Positions 18,164 through 23,463 of a DNA stretch of 23,463 nucleotides are shown piece by piece. A model generated the notes under the pieces. That model was not told the DNA's origin and ran no database searches. It was given only the letters and a program-made list of their open reading frames with translations. Position 1 is the first letter of the stretch. Each line of letters starts with the position of its first letter. The DNA comes from an uncultured Gammaproteobacteria bacterium (GTDB lineage Bacteria > Pseudomonadota > Gammaproteobacteria > UBA6002), in assembly GCA_963705725.1 (NCBI GenBank), contig CAVPKM010000003.1:1-23463 (forward strand). Direction: 5' to 3'. A program made the translations under genes and the position numbers.

Positions 18164-19126
18164 TCACGCGGTTAACTGTAGACGAGTGGTAATGGTACGC
18201 GTTGCCTTCACTAAGCCATCAACAATGCCGGGCTCATAAGCGGAATGTCCTGCATCCCTAATAATGTGTAGCTCTGAATTCGGCCAGTTTTTATGTAATT
18301 CCCACGCGTTATCAAGGCTGCAAACAATGTCATAACGACCATGAACAATAATGCCAGGAATTTCCGCGATAAGAGGCATATTGCGGATGATTTGATTGGG
18401 CTCTAAAAAGCAGTTATGCATAAAGTAATGACACTCAATACGGGCGAGGCTAAGTGCATGATGAGGATTTTTCATGATATCCATCACATGTTTATTAGGT
18501 TCAAGTGTTGAACAATTCCCTTCCCACGTGGCCCAAGCTTTGGCGGCTGCCATCCTAGTGACTTCATCATCGCCGGTCATCATTTCATAGTAGGCTAGAA
18601 TAGGGTTATGGCGATTTGCTTCTGGAATCATTGCTAAAAATTCTTCCCAATGATCGGGGAAGATTCGATTGGCGCCTGCGCCGCCAAATAACCATTGGAT
18701 ATCAGAGTTACGATTTAAAAAGATTCCTCGAAGGATAAGCGCTAATACTCGATCGGGATAAGTTTGGGCATAGACTAAGCTAAGCGTAGAGCCCCATGAA
18801 CCGCCAAATAAAATGAAGCGATCAATGTCAAGGTGATGCCGTAGTTTTTCAATATCTTCGACTAAGGTTTGAGTGGTATTTTCTGCCAGTTCCAAGTGAG
18901 GTTTTGACTGGCCACAACCTCGTTGATCAAAAAGAATAATTCGGTAAACATTGGGATCAAAAAAACGGCGTTGTTCTTCGTTGCAGCCGCTTCCTGGGCC
19001 ACCATGCACAAAAAAAATGGGAAGGCCATCTGGATTGCCGCATTCTTCAACATAAAGTTCATGTGGCGATTCCACACTAAGCATAAATTCTCTATAAGGT
19101 TTGATGGGCGGATAGAGTGTGTGCAT
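18164..19126 (-). CDS. pip: Proline iminopeptidase
   Basis: LYPPI.PY, HGGPG, FDQRGCG, GGSWGSTL (Ser), GRYD and AGHS motifs. Strong SD AGGAGGT before ATG 19126. Confidence 0.95.
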   Translation of the reverse strand: MHTLYPPIKPYREFMLSVESPHELYVEECGNPDGLPIFFVHGGPGSGCNEEQRRFFDPNVYRIILFDQRGCGQSKPHLELAENTTQTLVEDIEKLRHHLDIDRFILFGGSWGSTLSLVYAQTYPDRVLALILRGIFLNRNSDIQWLFGGAGANRIFPDHWEEFLAMIPEANRHNPILAYYEMMTGDDEVTRMAAAKAWATWEGNCSTLEPNKHVMDIMKNPHHALSLARIECHYFMHNCFLEPNQIIRNMPLIAEIPGIIVHGRYDIVCSLDNAWELHKNWPNSELHIIRDAGHSAYEPGIVDGLVKATRTITTRLQLTA

Positions 19127-19155
19127 GTTAAATGACCTCCTTTTCGATCGATCAC

Positions 19156-19192
19156 CCATTATATGTTATTTTTGATAAATAACATATAATGG
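19156..19192. repeat. Perfect 16-bp inverted repeat in the pip/lepA divergent intergenic region
   Basis: CCATTATATGTTATTT-ttgat-AAATAACATATAATGG. Each arm carries an outward-pointing TATAAT. Confidence 0.85.
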
Positions 19193-19252
19193 CACTCTGC
19201 CTAATAGGTTTTAATTAACTTTGAAGGTCACTCGAGGATAGAAATTTAACAA

Positions 19253-21049
19253 ATGAAAAATATTCGAAATTTTTCCATCATTGCTCACATAGACCATGGT
19301 AAGTCGACGGTTGCCGATCGTTTCATTCAAATTTGTGGAGGGTTATCCGAGCGAGAAATGAGTGAGCAGGTGCTAGACAGCATGGATATAGAGCGAGAGC
19401 GCGGAATCACCATCAAAGCACAAAGCGTGACCTTGTATTTTACAGCTAAAGATGGCAACCCATATCAATTAAATTTTATCGATACGCCGGGACATGTAGA
19501 TTTTGCTTATGAAGTTTCCAGGTCACTTGCCGCTTGTGAAGGCGCACTCTTAGTGGTAGATGCCGCTCAAGGAGTAGAGGCGCAAACTGTTGCTGTCTGC
19601 TATATGGCTATCGATCAAGGATTAGAGGTCTTGCCTGTCTTAAATAAAATCGATTTACCCCAAGCGGATTCAGATCGTGTTATTAATGAAATAGAAGAAA
19701 TTATCGGCATCGAAGCAAAAAATGCCATCAAAATAAGTGCGAAAACTGGGTTCAATGTTAAGGAACTCCTCCAGGAGCTTGTTGACCGCATTCCTCCTCC
19801 AAAGGGAGAAGAAAATGGAAAATTGCAAGCCCTCATTATCGATTCTTGGTTTGATAGTTATTTAGGCGTCATCTCCTTAGTGCGGGTGATGAATGGCAGC
19901 ATTCAAAAAGGTGATAAAATGCTGGTTATGTCAACAGGCAAGGCACATTTAGTCGACCAAGTCGGTATATTTACCCCTAAGCGCAAGGAACAGGAAGGAT
20001 TACACGCAGGCGAAGTTGGGTATGTGGTTGCAGGAATTAAGGAAATTAATGGTGCACCGGTAGGTGATACCCTAACCTTAGTCAATCAGCCTGCTTCTTC
20101 GCCCTTGCCGGGTTTTCAAAAAGTGAAGCCACAAGTTTTTGCAGGACTGTTCCCGATTAGCTCAGATGACTATGAAGCGTTTCGCGATGCATTAGCCAAG
20201 TTACGATTAAATGATGCTGCCCTCTTTTATGAGCCGGAATCTTCAGAGGCCTTAGGATTTGGCTTTCGCTGTGGATTTTTGGGGATGCTCCATATGGAGA
20301 TTGTTCAAGAGAGACTAGAGCGAGAATATAACCTTGATTTAATCACCACTGCCCCAACCGTTATTTATGAAGTGGTAACCAAACAAAATGATATTCTTCA
20401 TATTGATAACCCTGCTGCATTACCGCCTGTCAATGAAATTTCAGAAATGCGAGAGCCGATTGTTAGTGCGCATATTCTGGTGCCACAGCAATATCTAGGG
20501 AATGTCATTAAACTCTGTGTGGAAAGACGTGGGGTACAAAAAAAAATGCTTTACTTAGGTAACCAAGTGACGTTGACCTATGAATTGCCGATGGCAGAAG
20601 TAGTGCTGGATTTTTTTGACCGTCTTAAATCAGTGAGCCGTGGCTATGCATCCCTTGATTATGCTTTTGATCATTTTAACTCCGCTGATCTCGTTAAATT
20701 AGATATTTTGATCAATGGCCAGAAAGTCGATGCGTTGGCATCTATTGTGCATCGAGATAAAGCTTATCAACGAGGCAGGGAGCTAACAGAAAGATTGCGT
20801 GACATTATTCCTCGTCAAATGTTTGAGGTAGCCTTGCAAGCGGCAATTGGCGCGCATATTGTTGCTCGTCAAAGCGTGAAAGCCCTTAGGAAAAATGTCA
20901 TCGCGAAATGCTATGGGGGTGATATCTCCCGTAAACGTAAATTATTAGAAAAACAAAAAGCAGGGAAGAAGCGAATGAAGCAAATAGGAAAAGTAGAAAT
21001 TCCGCAGGAAGCATTTTTAGCGATTTTAAAAGTTGACAAAGAGAGCTAG
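19253..21049 (+). CDS. lepA: Elongation factor 4 (LepA)
   Basis: [46 protein letters not shown] and [10 protein letters not shown] motifs. Confidence 0.98.
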   Translation: MKNIRNFSIIAHIDHGKSTVADRFIQICGGLSEREMSEQVLDSMDIERERGITIKAQSVTLYFTAKDGNPYQLNFIDTPGHVDFAYEVSRSLAACEGALLVVDAAQGVEAQTVAVCYMAIDQGLEVLPVLNKIDLPQADSDRVINEIEEIIGIEAKNAIKISAKTGFNVKELLQELVDRIPPPKGEENGKLQALIIDSWFDSYLGVISLVRVMNGSIQKGDKMLVMSTGKAHLVDQVGIFTPKRKEQEGLHAGEVGYVVAGIKEINGAPVGDTLTLVNQPASSPLPGFQKVKPQVFAGLFPISSDDYEAFRDALAKLRLNDAALFYEPESSEALGFGFRCGFLGMLHMEIVQERLEREYNLDLITTAPTVIYEVVTKQNDILHIDNPAALPPVNEISEMREPIVSAHILVPQQYLGNVIKLCVERRGVQKKMLYLGNQVTLTYELPMAEVVLDFFDRLKSVSRGYASLDYAFDHFNSADLVKLDILINGQKVDALASIVHRDKAYQRGRELTERLRDIIPRQMFEVALQAAIGAHIVARQSVKALRKNVIAKCYGGDISRKRKLLEKQKAGKKRMKQIGKVEIPQEAFLAILKVDKES

Positions 21050-21057
21050 AATGCGCC

Positions 21058-21082
21058 TTTATCTCTCCCAGGAGAGATGAAA
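21058..21082. other. Intergenic stem-loop between lepA and lepB
   Basis: ATCTCTC-ccag-GAGAGAT stem (21061-21078). No U-tract follows on the + strand, so it is not a canonical intrinsic terminator. Confidence 0.35.
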
Positions 21083-21118
21083 AATTTATAAAATCTTTCC
21101 AGTTTTTGGGGACAAATA

Positions 21119-21904
21119 ATGCCAATACATATCGATTTTCCATTTATACTCACGGCCTTTGTACTATTGACAGGCTTAATCGCGTTAGCCGATATCCTTT
21201 TTTTTGCAAAAAAAAGAGTGGGGGCAGGACAGGCGAAAATGCCCTATATTATTGAGTTTTCAAGGTCCTTCTTCCCAGCCTTGCTGCTAGTGTGGATAGT
21301 GCGCTCATTTATTATTCAACCTTATCGCGTACCAACAGGATCGTTAGAACCTACTGTGTTGCCAGGTGATTTTATTGCTGTTAAACAATTTTCATACGGG
21401 TTACGTTTTCCCGTTTTGAATACAACCATTGCCAAAATCGGAGAGCCACAACGAGGAGACATTGCGCTCTTTCATTGGCCTGTTGATACCAGTAAGTTGT
21501 TTGTTAAACGAGTTATTGGTATACCTGGGGACCATATTGTTTATAAAAATAAAATTTTGACTATTAATGGTAAAGAAATGATGCAAACTTATGTTGGCAA
21601 GGCAGAGGATATCGAGCAAGATGGGATCATTTCACAGGTGGAACAAAAGACTGAAAACTTAGATGGCGTGAAGCATGCTATTTTCGTTAAACCTGATATT
21701 TTTGATCAGCTTGATATTGACGTAATTGTTCCTCAACATCACTATTTTATGATGGGAGACAATCGGGATGACAGTGACGATAGTCGCTCTTGGGGATTTG
21801 TGCCGGATAGTTATTTAGTAGGTAAAGCATTTGGCATCTGGATGAGTTGGAATTCAATTGATCATCGGATTCGTTGGCATCGTATTGGTAAGGCCCTTGA
21901 CTAG
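21119..21904 (+). CDS. lepB: Signal peptidase I
   Basis: Two N-terminal TM segments, VPTGSLEPT (Ser), FVKRVIGIPGD (Lys) and GDNRDDSDDSRSWGFVP motifs. Confidence 0.96.
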   Translation: MPIHIDFPFILTAFVLLTGLIALADILFFAKKRVGAGQAKMPYIIEFSRSFFPALLLVWIVRSFIIQPYRVPTGSLEPTVLPGDFIAVKQFSYGLRFPVLNTTIAKIGEPQRGDIALFHWPVDTSKLFVKRVIGIPGDHIVYKNKILTINGKEMMQTYVGKAEDIEQDGIISQVEQKTENLDGVKHAIFVKPDIFDQLDIDVIVPQHHYFMMGDNRDDSDDSRSWGFVPDSYLVGKAFGIWMSWNSIDHRIRWHRIGKALD

Positions 21905-22573
21905 ATGCAGTCAATTGAAAATTTATTACAAAAATTAAATTATCGTTTTAAAAATTCTGATTTATTGCTGGCAGCATTAACCCACCATAGTGCTCGAGGG
22001 AAAAATAATGAGAGGCTAGAGTTTTTAGGCGATGCTTTGTTAAATTTTATTATTGCTGAACAACTTTTTCAGCACTTCTCTGGGGCGCAAGAAGGAGATC
22101 TTAGCCGGTTTCGTGCGATTTTAGTTAAGGGCGATACCCTGGCGGAAATCGCGATAGAATTTCAATTAGGAGGCTATATACGTCTTGGTCCTGGCGAATT
22201 AAAAAGCGGAGGATTTTCACGAAAATCTATTCAAGCTGATGCACTGGAGGCCATAATCGGCGCTATTTACTTGGATTCAAATTTTGAAACTTGTCGTCAA
22301 TGTGTATTAGGTTGGTTTGAATCGCGAATCAAGGAAGTGCGCTTTGAAACAAAAAAAGACCCGAAGACGCGGTTGCAAGAATATCTACAATCAAGGCGTT
22401 TACCTTTGCCAAAGTACGAAATTTTGACTATTGAAGGAGAAGCACATGCGCAGCTCTTTCATGTCGAATGCAAAGTACCCGGTCTTGCTCCTATTACAAG
22501 CAGCCAAGCGCCCACCAGACGTAAAGCGGAGCAATTGGCTGCTGAAAAATATTTGGAATTATTAAATTTATGA
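21905..22573 (+). CDS. rnc: Ribonuclease III
   Basis: NERLEFLGD signature, [14 protein letters not shown], and ds[15 protein letters not shown]...RRKAEQLAA. Confidence 0.97.
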   Translation: MQSIENLLQKLNYRFKNSDLLLAALTHHSARGKNNERLEFLGDALLNFIIAEQLFQHFSGAQEGDLSRFRAILVKGDTLAEIAIEFQLGGYIRLGPGELKSGGFSRKSIQADALEAIIGAIYLDSNFETCRQCVLGWFESRIKEVRFETKKDPKTRLQEYLQSRRLPLPKYEILTIEGEAHAQLFHVECKVPGLAPITSSQAPTRRKAEQLAAEKYLELLNL

Positions 22574-23463
22574 CTAAATTATACTGTGGTTACGTGGCCA
22601 TTGTCGGTCGTCCCAATGTAGGAAAATCCACACTCTTAAATCATATACTGAAACAAAAAATTAGTATTACATCCCGCAAACCTCAAACGACGCGGCATCG
22701 TATACTTGGAATTAAAACAGAAGGGGATATCCAGGCTATCTATGTAGATACACCTGGACTCCATCATGATGCTAAAAAAGCATTAAATCGTTACATGAAT
22801 CGCGCTGCTTTTTCGGTGATTGACGATGTGGACATACTTATTTTTGTCGTGGAAGCATTAAAATGGTTGGAGGATGACGAGTGGATTTTTAAAAAAATAA
22901 AAAAAGCTACTTGTCCAGTTATTTTGGTAATCAATAAGATTGATAAAATAACTGAAAAAAATGCTGCTACCTTTTATAGAAAAGATTTGTCACGACTATG
23001 CTTTCAATGCGGTTATTCCTGTGGCGGCATTAAAAAATGATAATATTCAAGCGCTTGAAGAGCGAGTGGCTTTGCTTTTGCCTGAAAATCCACATTTTTT
23101 TCCAGATGATCAAGTCACCGATTCAAGTGATCGTTTTTTAGCAGCAGAAGTTATTCGTGAGAAATTAATTCGAAGCTTGGGACAAGAACTGCCTTATGCA
23201 TTAACAGTTCAGATTGAGCAATTCACTGAAACAGATAAACTCGCGCGAATTACTGCAATTATTTGGGTTGAAAAAATTAGCCAAAAAGCGATTGTTATCG
23301 GAAAGGCGGGTGGAGTGCTTAAAAAAATCGGTACTTTGGCTCGTGAAGAAATAGAGCGTCAACTAGAAAAAAAAGTTTTTCTCACCATGTGGGTGAAAGT
23401 AAAAGAAAGTTGGTCGGATAATAATCGTGCGTTGCAGAGTTTAGGTTACGATAATAAATCATG
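22570..23463 (+). CDS. era: GTPase Era (apparent frameshift in the A7 run at 22955-22961; stop probably completed just beyond the window)
   Basis: [20 protein letters not shown] and NKID motifs. After the shift it reads MLLPFIEK...[16 protein letters not shown]...[13 protein letters not shown]...[14 protein letters not shown]...LGY. The window ends ...TCATG, consistent with a TGA/ATG overlap with the next gene (typically recO). Confidence 0.94.

Noticed and set aside
19158-19185. dif/XerCD site (ATATGTTATTT resembles a XerD arm)
   Set aside because: There is no XerC arm and 6-bp spacer geometry; the element is a longer perfect inverted repeat.

Overview
AT-rich (roughly 40% GC by eye) gammaproteobacterial chromosomal segment. 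Gene order and content suggest a Coxiellaceae/Legionellales-type organism (inference). Mostly housekeeping: nrdB-nrdA (minus strand), pdxS-pdxT-rppH-ptsP-lgt-thyA, ctpA and gpmI (minus), yibN-grxC-secB-gpsA, trmL-mlaA-pip (minus), and lepA-lepB-rnc-era. The clearest accessory element lies between nrdA and pdxS. It is a eukaryote-like F-box plus 7xRCC1-repeat gene with a Glu-rich C-terminus, a PmrA-box-like upstream motif, near-identical repeat scaffolds with hypervariable loop positions, and a flanking ~20-bp imperfect direct repeat; it is a candidate Dot/Icm-delivered SCF-hijacking effector. Other points: a pdxST pair inserted ahead of rppH, no envC between gpmI and ctpA, a perfect 16-bp inverted repeat between pip and lepA, and NrdR and DnaA boxes upstream of nrdA. 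Five single-base frameshifts in nrdA/nrdB and one in era, all near the window ends, are most likely sequencing or assembly errors.
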